Shown in pieces: positions 1-9,123 of a stretch of 64,000 bases of DNA. The stretch comes from Sedimentisphaerales bacterium (GTDB lineage Bacteria > Planctomycetota > Phycisphaerae > Sedimentisphaerales > SM23-30). The first letter of the stretch is position 1, and each line of letters begins with the position of its first letter. Position numbers and translations under genes: made by a program. Location of the stretch: NCBI GenBank assembly GCA_963663805.2, contig CAXXMR010000009.1, positions 320,001 through 384,000 of the forward strand, written 5' to 3'. Below the pieces are notes generated by a model, which did no database searches, had not been told where the DNA came from, and saw only the letters and a list, made by a program, of their open reading frames with translations.

Positions 1-3000
1 TCGTATCGACCGGCGGAATCCAGGAAATTGTATTGGTCACTTCGTAATAAGTTTTGATGTGGTCCGGCACACTGCCCAGCAAAGTTGACAGCTCATTTTG
101 CTGTACGGTATGGAAGAAATTGGAGAAGTTAATGAAATCCACTCCGCCGTCAATCATATCCTCCAGATTAATTCCCAGTCTGTCGTAAGTGTCGTCAAAT
201 GCCGGCACGCGCACTCCCAAGTATCGGTGTTTGCCCGGCTGAGTTGTGCGGGTAAGCAGTTGGCGGACTCTCTTTATGAAGTCGGTCATAATGGCTTTAC
301 GCTGGTTAGAATCTGTGCTGTTCAAATCAAAATATGACGCGTGACGGAGCAAATCGAGCTGCAAACCTTCGAGGTCGTAATTTTCACAGATTTCTTCGAC
401 ACGTTCAAATATAAAATCACGCACTTCCGGATACGCCCAGTTTTGCACCCTCTGGTCCACCCTGGTCAAATCCGGTCCCAACCGATAAGAAGGGTTATCA
501 TAGTAAAATTGGCAGATTGTACCGGAATCTCCGCCCGAAACCGGATTGTCATCCACAGCATCCAGGTTATGCTGGTCGTTCAGACGATAGGAAACAAATG
601 CCCCCAGATTATTTTCCTTACTATGAGCGAGCATTTCTCCAAGTACATCCTGTCCCATGAAAACATAATCCGTAAACTGACCGCCCGCAATCACGCCATA
701 ATGATTGAGGAACCAGTCATAATGTTTTTCCAGCGGAAGTGTCCGGCTGGGCCAAAACGGTACCCGTCCCAGACCGGGGCAGGCCAAGTGTACATCTATG
801 CCGGTATCAGCCAGTTCGTCAATGCTGCCCTGGACGACATAAGGAGTCAGGTAGTGACTGGGTTGACGATACCAGCTGTTACAGGTAAGCAGATTAGTTG
901 TATCGTTATCAAAGATAACGTGCATATTGCTCCAGGCCGGCGCATCCACAACCGGCTGAGAGTCAACAGCCGTCATGCCGATATTACAATTCCAGGCAAT
1001 CTCCGCGGAGCTTAATATTCCGTCATAGACCCGAACCAGCGAAATGTCGCCATGGAAAGGATAATCGCCATTCTGATACGACGAGCCGATACTGCCCCAA
1101 CCGCTGGTAACAAAATCAAGGTCGGTATAATTATAATTCACACCGCCAGCGACACCGGTATCGCTTATAATGCTTCCATCCACATAGAAATCAATCGTCG
1201 GGGCCGCAAAAAGATTGCCCTCATAAACAACGCATACATGATGCCATTGACTGCCGCTGTAACTGTACCGCGAACTTCCCCAGCAATTGAACTGAGTTTT
1301 TTCCGTATCATCGGAGCCGTAATTATCGCGCATAATCATTTCGAGATACCATTTATTCTGTCCCGAATCATGGCGAACGCCAAAAACGATAGCCACTGCC
1401 GAAACTATCCTGGTTGCCAATGATTATTCCTCGGCCCGCGGCCCTCGGGCGAGGTCTGTGGCACGCGAATCCAGGCTTCGATACTGAAATCATCGTTATA
1501 ATCATAATCTATGCCTGCTTTCAGATTAGCAACCTGGCCGCAATCCCCTTCGTCCAGCGGTTCAACCCTGTAATACCAGTTATAGTCACTCCCTGCCGCA
1601 TCACCGGCCAATTCAGGATAATCGCCCTGGCCGATACTACTTAACTGCCCGCCCTGACAGGGACCAACGATTGGTGACCACGCGTAAGTACCATCCGCTC
1701 CCGGATAGGCCGCGTCCATACTGAGTTTCAAATTTTCCACCGCGGCAACTTCATTAGCCGGTCCGGTTTCCATCTGCACCATACCCAGCTCGTAATTCCG
1801 CCTTATATCATCATGGGAAAGCGTTCGGTTATAGACCCTTACCGCGGAAATATCTCCATCAAACGGATACCACAATGATGTATGCCTGCCTCCCACCGCG
1901 CCGTGTCCCTTCGGTAACAAAATCCAGGTCCGCGTAAGAATAATTTACTCCGCCGCTCGTACCGCTGTCACTTATACTGTTGGCATCCACATAAAAGTCA
2001 ATCGTCGGAGCCGAATTCGTCGCCCCGTCATAAACCACACTTACATGATACCATTGACTGTTGCTGTAAACTATATCGCGGACTGCCCCAGCAGCTAAAT
2101 TGCGTTTTTTTCCGTATCATCGGCCCCGGTATTATCGCGCATAATCATTTCGAGATACCATTTATTCTGGTCCGCATCATGGCGGCCCCCGAAGCGATAG
2201 CCGTCGCCGTTATTCTGGTCACTGAAAATTATCCCCCGCCCGGCACTTTCCGGTCCTTTTTGAGCGACGCGTACCCAGGCCTCAATGGTGAAATCATCAT
2301 CGTAATCAAAATTAATATCTGTTCCGAACTCCTCAGCGTTTCCGGAATTCAAGTTACTCGCCGGCGAGAAATTATAAAAACACACGTAATTACTGCCGTT
2401 ATCAGGATGAGCGTCACTGCCAATTACCGGGCATTCACCATTGCCGATAGTGTTGAATACCCCGCCGTTAAAATCGCCGCCCCAGAGAGCCTCCCAGTTG
2501 TCATGCCTCGTCGCACCGGGAAAGGCCGCGTCCAGATTGAGCACAAGTCCGTTAGTGACAATCGTCGAAAATGTCGGCGTGCCGAGCTTTTCCGTCAGTC
2601 CCCAGTTGTAATTACCCGATACTTCCCATGATGCCAGCATCCGGTTATATACCCGCACAACGCTTATGCCGCCTGCAAAAGGATACATCCCTTCGAGATA
2701 TGTAGAACCAATCGCCCCGTGCCCGTTCTGCAAAAAATCAATATCATCGGTGTCATTATAGTCAAACCCCTCACCGCCGCTGGCGGTCCCAGCCCCGACA
2801 TTGCCGCCATCCCGATACAAACTTATATAAGGCGCCAAACCGCTCGACCCATTATATACGACCGCCACCTGATGCCAGTTAGAGTCATACGCAATTGACG
2901 AAGAAGTCCGACGAAACGTCGTGATATTATCACCAATACTGTCCCCGCACGACCATTTCCAGATACCAGCGATCCGGGTCGGAATGACGTATATTGAAAC

Positions 3001-3476
3001 GGTAGCCATTGCCGATAGAACCATCGCTGAGCAGAATCGCCCGGCCGGTATTATCTTCTGCCGGACACTTGGTCTCGACCTTCAGCCAGAGCTCAATGGT
3101 GAAATCATCATCATAATCAAAATCTATATCATGGCCCAAATCAAATATATGCCCGCACCTGCCGTAAGCGTCCGCCGCGAAATTATAATACCACAGATAC
3201 CCGCTTTCGAAACTTTCGTAACGGAGTTCGGGCTTGTCCTGCCCGCTCAGTCCGGCCACAATCCCGCCGCCGACCGGCCCGGTAATCGGTTCCCAGTTGA
3301 ATGCCGCACTATTGCCGCTGTTGCCCGCGTCCAGATGAAGTACCAGCCCGCTCGTTGCCAGAATCCCCCCGACAAACCTGTCCGCCCACAAGTATCACAA
3401 AAACCACACCCAGTACCCCCAATACACCGTTATCGCCACTGATAAATCGCTGGAGAACTTTTTGGATAGCTTGCAT
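1..3476 (-). CDS. Large secreted protein: signal peptide + 3 LamG-like jelly-roll domains + TIM-barrel glycoside-hydrolase-like domain (GHL10/DUF187-like). Runs off the window; broken by 6 apparent +1 homopolymer frameshifts
   Basis: ATG at 3476 with an AAGGA RBS gives MQAIQKVLQRF...VVFVILVGGQVCRG. ORFs 2930-3391, 2095-3024 and 1405-1920 each carry parts of the repeated LamG motifs (LDAA/LDAG, FTIEAWVRV, WYLEM, F.G.I..VRVY.R). Manual translation of 1380->1 is open and gives HVIFDNDTTN...QGSIDE...FVSYRLND...QRVQNWAYPEVR...YDLEGLQLD, homologous to 58018-60570. Confidence 0.8.
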
Positions 3477-3496
3477 AATATTGTTTTCCTTTTAAC

Positions 3497-3657
3497 CCAG
3501 ATGAACTGGAAATTTCAAGCCCTAAACAAATTCTAAACTCAAAATAACAGTAACGACAATATTTAGCCGCGGATTACACGGATTTCGCGGATTTTTAAGG
3601 GCACCGCTTACTTTCGTACGCGGCTCTGGTAAATAGTTGGTATTTTGCGCAGAAATT
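3497..3657. repeat. Dispersed intergenic repeat, copy 1 (copy 2 at 37634-37815)
   Basis: Shared blocks cctaaacaaattctaaact, aacgacaatattta.ccgcggattacacggattt, ggcaccgcttactt.cgtacgcggctctg.taaat, attttgcgca. Confidence 0.85.
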
Positions 3658-3737
3658 CGCTTATAAGAGATTAAAGTACTATTGACAACAAAGAATCTGC
3701 AAAACTGAGTCTGAGCAGGAAATATAGAGAATGGGTT

Positions 3738-3775
3738 AAATAAGCGACTGGGAGACCCCATAGCCTCCCAGTCGC
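3738..3775 (-). terminator. Rho-independent terminator / stem-loop downstream of the LamG-dockerin gene
   Basis: 11-bp stem gcgactgggag (3744-3754) / ctcccagtcgc (3765-3775) followed by TTATTT on the minus strand. Confidence 0.65.
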
Positions 3776-3800
3776 GAATTTACAAAACCAGCCGCTCGAT

Positions 3801-5381
3801 TTATTGGCCGTCAACCATACCGTTGTTGAGCCAGGTCGAAGCCATCGAACTGAAATCAGAAAGATTTACCATGCAGTCGCCGGTGAGGTCATTCATAACC
3901 CCGCCGCACTGTGAAGCCACCGCGGTTTCGAGGCCGCGATTATAGTTGGCAAGTACATCTTCAGTCGTTAAGGCACGATTGTATACCCGAATCAAAGCGA
4001 TGTCACCAGTGAACGGGTAGAGCGCTGCCGGTCCAACTTTGGCAGACATAGTCGAGGTGTCCAACGCAAAATCATCTACCGCCGTCATGCCGGTAGCGGT
4101 CTTGGTGGTATGGCTTCTGACGAGTACACCGTTAATCCACATCGAAAACTCTGTTTTCAAATTACCCGTAAAGGTGTCAACCTCAACGGTATGACGGGTA
4201 CCCACCAACTGAATCCAGTTGTCCGCGTCATAATCCTGGTTATGCGTATCGCTCATGTAGAAACCGGACTTCAAAGGCGTTACCACCGTCTCATTGTCAC
4301 GCACATTGAACTCAATGAAATACTTGCCAGCACCGCTGTTGTTTCTGACGCCAAACCGCCAGCCGGTATCCGCAGCATCGGCATTACCGATAATCACACC
4401 TCTGCCGGCACTGTCGCTCTGCATCGCTGGAACGCGAACCCAGGTTTCGACCGTATATTCTTCATCGGCACCGAATTTCAGTTCATTTATAGGGCAAATA
4501 TTTTCCGCGACATTTCCGTCAAATTCATAATACCAGATATAACTGCCGGACTCAGAACCGTCAATTCTTTTCAAAGTCGGAGACGGGTCACCAAACTCCC
4601 CCGTCGCCAGTTCGCCAAATTCACCTGCCACTACTGGCATGAATTGTGACAAAGCGTTATTACCCGCGTAAGCGGCGTTAAGTTCCAAAACCAACCCGTC
4701 AGAAATAGAAACCCGACCGAAAGCTGCATCGCTCGGCACAAAAGTCGCGTCATCAGTCCAGCAAATCGCGTCTATTCTGCCCGAATTCTCATTCGATTCT
4801 CTTTCGTTGATTCGGAACACAATCTTGCCTTCGATATCCAGATTAAATTCCTTTTCCACGCCGTTGACAGCATCGGAACCACCCATCCAGGTCCATGCGC
4901 CAAATCCTGCTCCACCGTTGCCCGCGATGTCATTATTCAGAATATCATCCCCGTCATCCAGCCCGGCAAAAGCAGTCTCGTACCAGTCCGTACCGCTGCC
5001 GTCACCGCTGTCACCCTTGACAATAAGGAACGTTGCTTCTTCCGCACCGAGTTCCGGCTGATTTACCCGCACCCAGCAATACCAGTTGCCCGAAAGCGAT
5101 ACATTGGGGTCATTGATTGTCGCGGAGTCAATCGAATATTCCGACCACCATTGCTGCATATCGGTTTTATCCGAATCCTGAGCGAAATAAAGAGCGCTGC
5201 CCGATACATTATAAGCATCGCTGTCAACCACAAACTCCGCAGTCTTGGCATCATAATCTTCCGCCTCAATCCAGATGACGGTTCTGTCGGCTGAGGAATT
5301 ATATTCCACATCGAACGTTGAACCAAACACCATACCGGCCAACGCCAGCACCAACACTAAAGCTCTACTACAACTTCTCAT
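3801..5381 (-). CDS. Secreted protein: CBM6/35-like N-domain + LamG-like domain + C-terminal dockerin-like motif
   Basis: Likely start ATG 5381 (GGAGG RBS; MRSCSRALVLVLALAG signal peptide). IWIEAEDY motif; LamG motifs (YTVETWVRV, FTGDIALIRVYNRALT); C-terminus CGG..NDLTGDCMVNLSDFSSMASTWL. Confidence 0.8.
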   Translation of the reverse strand: MRSCSRALVLVLALAGMVFGSTFDVEYNSSADRTVIWIEAEDYDAKTAEFVVDSDAYNVSGSALYFAQDSDKTDMQQWWSEYSIDSATINDPNVSLSGNWYCWVRVNQPELGAEEATFLIVKGDSGDGSGTDWYETAFAGLDDGDDILNNDIAGNGGAGFGAWTWMGGSDAVNGVEKEFNLDIEGKIVFRINERESNENSGRIDAICWTDDATFVPSDAAFGRVSISDGLVLELNAAYAGNNALSQFMPVVAGEFGELATGEFGDPSPTLKRIDGSESGSYIWYYEFDGNVAENICPINELKFGADEEYTVETWVRVPAMQSDSAGRGVIIGNADAADTGWRFGVRNNSGAGKYFIEFNVRDNETVVTPLKSGFYMSDTHNQDYDADNWIQLVGTRHTVEVDTFTGNLKTEFSMWINGVLVRSHTTKTATGMTAVDDFALDTSTMSAKVGPAALYPFTGDIALIRVYNRALTTEDVLANYNRGLETAVASQCGGVMNDLTGDCMVNLSDFSSMASTWLNNGMVDGQ

Positions 5382-5436
5382 CGCGTGTCCTCCAAAAAAG
5401 TAAAAAAGTAATTTACAAACAGCTTTACCGCTACGA

Positions 5437-6306
5437 TCATTTATATTTGGGCCAGTAAAAACAGGTTCCGTCCCGATACTGCATAAAAGGCCGCAAATCC
5501 GTAAATTCAACCCATCGCGCACTGCCGTCCACAAAAGACGCGTTCATGCCTTCCGGCTCGTCCGCCTTGCCTTCCATAAATTTATGATTACCACTGTAAA
5601 GATAAGATGACAGTACATTCAAACGGCACATATCACCCGAAATCGCCAGCCAGGGTTTGGAATTTCCCGTCTTGACAGGTGAAGGCGACATAGTTGATAA
5701 ATCACGTACTTCCGCGATGTCCATCGGCGGTACCGCCACCGTCCCGCCGAATCGCACTCCGCCCGCAGTACATGTCAGCAAATCCTGGTCGGTCATATTG
5801 TAACCGGTAAACAGCGAATAATCACCGTCGAGATAGGCCTCATTGGGCGGTGCCGTTTCAACCAGGTCTCTAATGAAATCCCAGTCCTGATTGATTATGC
5901 TGACGCCGGCGATTGTGTGACGGCTTGCGTTCTCCGGCACCGAAGGGCAATAAAAAGACTTCGGAGTCGCCAGATAAGGCTTCAAAAACGACTTGATCAA
6001 ATCACAATATACCAGCCCCGAACCAGCATTTACTTTGTAATACTGATAAGGCCAACTGTAATCGTATTTTCGACCGGGAATATTGCCCACCCGACCCGGA
6101 TAACAATCATTGTTAGAGGCGGCGTAAGTACTCGCTGCGATAGTCCACTGCCGGCAATTGCTCAAACATACCGCGATTTTGGCCTGGTCACGCGCCTGCC
6201 CCAAGGCTGGCAGCAGGATCGATACCAGCAGCGCAATTATCGCTACTACCACCAATAGCTCCACCAAAGTAAAACCAGCCGTTTTTCTAAACCACATAAT
6301 TTTCAT
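5437..6306 (-). CDS. Prepilin-type N-terminal cleavage/methylation protein (DUF1559-like)
   Basis: [43 protein letters not shown]-terminal H...N.SFVDGSA. Confidence 0.92.
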   Translation of the reverse strand: MKIMWFRKTAGFTLVELLVVVAIIALLVSILLPALGQARDQAKIAVCLSNCRQWTIAASTYAASNNDCYPGRVGNIPGRKYDYSWPYQYYKVNAGSGLVYCDLIKSFLKPYLATPKSFYCPSVPENASRHTIAGVSIINQDWDFIRDLVETAPPNEAYLDGDYSLFTGYNMTDQDLLTCTAGGVRFGGTVAVPPMDIAEVRDLSTMSPSPVKTGNSKPWLAISGDMCRLNVLSSYLYSGNHKFMEGKADEPEGMNASFVDGSARWVEFTDLRPFMQYRDGTCFYWPKYK

Positions 6307-6358
6307 CGTTCAATCCTCTTTGTGTCTGATATATGAAACTTTTTAATAAGGTCAGTTT

Positions 6359-7396
6359 CTATTTGGGAGGGCAGGTAGTCTTGCGTACTACTAATGATGT
6401 AGGCAGAACCACCTGTCGCGGATTAAATGAACCTTTTGAGTCTTGATACTTTTCTTCAACCAAGTCTAATAACAATTCGCTGGTTTTGATGCCGACTTCT
6501 TCGGCATGTAAGTCAACAGTTGTCAATGCCGGGTACAATGCCTGGATATAAACCTGCAAGTTGCCACAACCAACCACCGAAAAATCACGCGGTATCACAA
6601 AACCATACTTATGCGCCGCCATCAGAAAATATGACGCTGTAACATCATTATTAGCAAAAATCCCCGTGGCTTTGCTGTTTCTGAGAAAATCGGCAAACCA
6701 TTGACTATGCCCATTTGGAAACAGTGCTTCCGATGGAATAACCACCATGGGTTTGGGCTCCAGACCATATTCACTCATCAGTCTGCTATAACCGGAATAA
6801 CGATACTTGACTGAACTGAAAGGGGCATCCTCAGTGCGACATACGAAATATATGTCCTTATGGCCTAGCTCCAGTAAATGACGTGTTCCCTGCGTTGCCG
6901 CCATCACATTGTCAGGCCCTACATAACTGACACCTCGAACATTCACATCGCGATCGATAACCACTACCGGCATCCCATGTTTTTGGAGGTCAACCAGATA
7001 CTCATAATCGCTTTTGGCACTGTTATGAAACAACATCGTGCCTTCGGCCCGGCGGTCAACCAATCCTTCCAGCAAGCGGTCGCCGCTCTTTAGATCCTCG
7101 CTCCAGTGTAAAAACAAGGTTTCATAACCACGCGGGCACAAATAACTCTGCACTCCCGAAAATACCGCACCTTCAAAATGCCGTACCGGGCTGCCGATGA
7201 AACCAATCAAGTGGGTTCTGCCGGTATTGAATGCGTCAGCTAATTTACTGCGGCGATAGTTCAACTCCTTAGCTACAGTCAAAATGCGATCTCTAACATC
7301 AATGGACACTTTATCTGCGTGTTTCTCGCTCAGGGCCCGCGAAACAGTCATTTTGGAAACCTGGCATTTTTCGGCGATTTCGGCGATTGTTATCAT
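6359..7396 (-). CDS. LacI-family transcriptional regulator
   Basis: N-terminal TIAEIAEKCQVSKMTVSRAL HTH; sugar-binding domain with IPRDFSVVG and PALTTV. Confidence 0.95.
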   Translation of the reverse strand: MITIAEIAEKCQVSKMTVSRALSEKHADKVSIDVRDRILTVAKELNYRRSKLADAFNTGRTHLIGFIGSPVRHFEGAVFSGVQSYLCPRGYETLFLHWSEDLKSGDRLLEGLVDRRAEGTMLFHNSAKSDYEYLVDLQKHGMPVVVIDRDVNVRGVSYVGPDNVMAATQGTRHLLELGHKDIYFVCRTEDAPFSSVKYRYSGYSRLMSEYGLEPKPMVVIPSEALFPNGHSQWFADFLRNSKATGIFANNDVTASYFLMAAHKYGFVIPRDFSVVGCGNLQVYIQALYPALTTVDLHAEEVGIKTSELLLDLVEEKYQDSKGSFNPRQVVLPTSLVVRKTTCPPK

Positions 7397-7435
7397 TGCT
7401 CTCCAAATTCCTCTAATTTAAAAACTTCTTCTTTG

Positions 7436-7507
7436 TGATAGCGGTAACAATATTTCTTGATACCGGTAACACGACGTTATTAGAACATATCGACCCTGGC
7501 CTTGCAA
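7436..7507 (-). promoter_or_regulatory. Sigma70-type promoter of the lacI operon with two LacI-type operators
   Basis: Minus strand TTGCAA (7507-7502)-N17-TCTAAT (7484-7479). Near-palindromes tgatagcggtaaca (7436-7449) and tgataccggtaaca (7458-7471), both with a central CG. Confidence 0.75.
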
Positions 7508-7959
7508 GCTTTTTTTAAATTTTTTCAAAAAAAGGCATTTTTCTCAAGGGTTCTCATCGGAAAAAGGTGGTGGGTGAAACGTTAAATACATCTTAAAGTC
7601 CTTTTTTGAAAGGAGTTATCGCATTGTGGGGGGCGGCATGTATCGGTTGCAAGTGGGGGGGGGCTGAAAGATATCGCCCCGCGCTGTATGCCCCCGCCGA
7701 GGCGTTCGGGTCGTGCCCGTGATGCCGCTGGTTCAGCCAGTCAACGTCGGAGCAACCCCAACATTCCCAAGCCCTAAAGATGAGGTATATACGACCATGG
7801 GGAAATTGTAAATTTCCTATTTTAACATTTTAACTTTTTTAAACCGTCTTTCATGCGATTGCCCTGGGCCACCGCTCGAAACCACTTGTAATTTTACAAA
7901 ACGCAGTTACCATACGTTCTTGAGTTTGAGAGCAGAACAAACCGTTAGAGAGGTAAAAC

Positions 7960-9069
7960 ATGCTAAAAAAAACGATACTTTCTTTAGTCACAGTACTTGT
8001 TTCAATTTCAGGGTGCCAAAAGCCGGTTTTTGTACCAGAAAACGAGGTTGTATCGAATCCCTATATCGTAAATACCCCGATCGAGTCTCGCTCTATCAGT
8101 TTTGAGAATCCCACCGGCGCAAAAGGCAAGGGCGGGATGGCTGCCAGTAAGATCGGCGTTGGTCGCAAGGGGTCGGCTTTGCGAAGTATTAACCCCGGCC
8201 AGACCATTACTCTCTGTGACATTAAAGGCCCTGGTGTCATCAGGCATATGTGGGCGACTCTGCCCGCCCAGCCCGAAAATCTGCTCGGTTTTGTCATTCG
8301 CGGCTATTGGGATGGCCAGGAAACACCTTCGGTCGAAGTTCCCATCGGCAATTTCTTTGGTTGTGCCAACGGTTATGTCAGAGCATATCAGTCCGCGGTC
8401 CACTCAACAACCGACACTGCCGGCATGTCGATTTATCTGCCCATGCCTTTCACCAAGAGTGCCAGATTTACTATCACCCACGAAGGCACTGAAAAATTCG
8501 TACCCTTCTATTATCAGATTGATTACACCATCAATGAAACCATACCGGAAGATGCCGGCAGGCTTCATGTGGCCTGGCGGCGTGAAAATCCGACCACGCT
8601 GGGTGAGGATTTTACCATTTTGCCCAAACGCAACGGTATGGGTAGATTTATAGGCTGTGTGATAGGTGTTAATAATGTTGACAAGAAGTGGTGGGGCGAG
8701 GGTGAATTCAAGGCCTATATCGACGGTGACCAGGAATTTCCCACGATTTGTGGAACGGGAACGGAGGATTATATAGGCCAAGCCTGGGGGTTCCACGAAA
8801 ACGCCTTCCTCTACGGCGGCGTTGCTTTGAAGAAAGACTGGCTCTGGACGCTCTATCGCTGGCATTTGCAGGATCCGATTTACTGGAAAAAAGACTTCCG
8901 CGTCACCCTCCAGCAAATCGGTGCAGGCGACGAAGGTGGCGGTGGATATTACAACAAACAGGAAGACGTCAACGCCACCGCTTTCTGGTACGAACCCATC
9001 CCCAGCGCCCCGCTCCAAAAACTCGCCGACTATAAAGAACGAATAGCCCCCGGATACCAAATCAAATAG
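7960..9069 (+). CDS. DUF2961 / GH172 family glycoside hydrolase, lipoprotein
   Basis: Lipobox ISGC; SRSISFENPTGAKGKGG, GPGVIRHMW, FYYQIDY, WWGEGE, PTICGTGTEDY motifs. Confidence 0.9.
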   Translation: MLKKTILSLVTVLVSISGCQKPVFVPENEVVSNPYIVNTPIESRSISFENPTGAKGKGGMAASKIGVGRKGSALRSINPGQTITLCDIKGPGVIRHMWATLPAQPENLLGFVIRGYWDGQETPSVEVPIGNFFGCANGYVRAYQSAVHSTTDTAGMSIYLPMPFTKSARFTITHEGTEKFVPFYYQIDYTINETIPEDAGRLHVAWRRENPTTLGEDFTILPKRNGMGRFIGCVIGVNNVDKKWWGEGEFKAYIDGDQEFPTICGTGTEDYIGQAWGFHENAFLYGGVALKKDWLWTLYRWHLQDPIYWKKDFRVTLQQIGAGDEGGGGYYNKQEDVNATAFWYEPIPSAPLQKLADYKERIAPGYQIK

Positions 9070-9123
9070 TTTTTTCAGGCTCGGCCATACGCGGAAATCG
9101 GTATTATGATGATTATTTGCCTA

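Noticed and set aside
98..1423. Plus-strand ORFs 98-337, 341-1015, 1052-1423 and similar shadows throughout (e.g. 19383-20345, 26733-28547)
   Set aside because: Antisense in-register shadows of real minus-strand genes; Ile/Arg-rich with no recognisable motifs.
3365..3370. Phase-variable poly-G just after the signal peptide
   Set aside because: The run is only 6 nt, and the same +1 signature occurs at eight other runs of 3-7 nt, favouring sequencing error.
3522..3761. 79-aa ORF containing KNPRNPCNPR
   Set aside because: Translation of the dispersed repeat and terminator; the second repeat copy has no matching ORF in the track.
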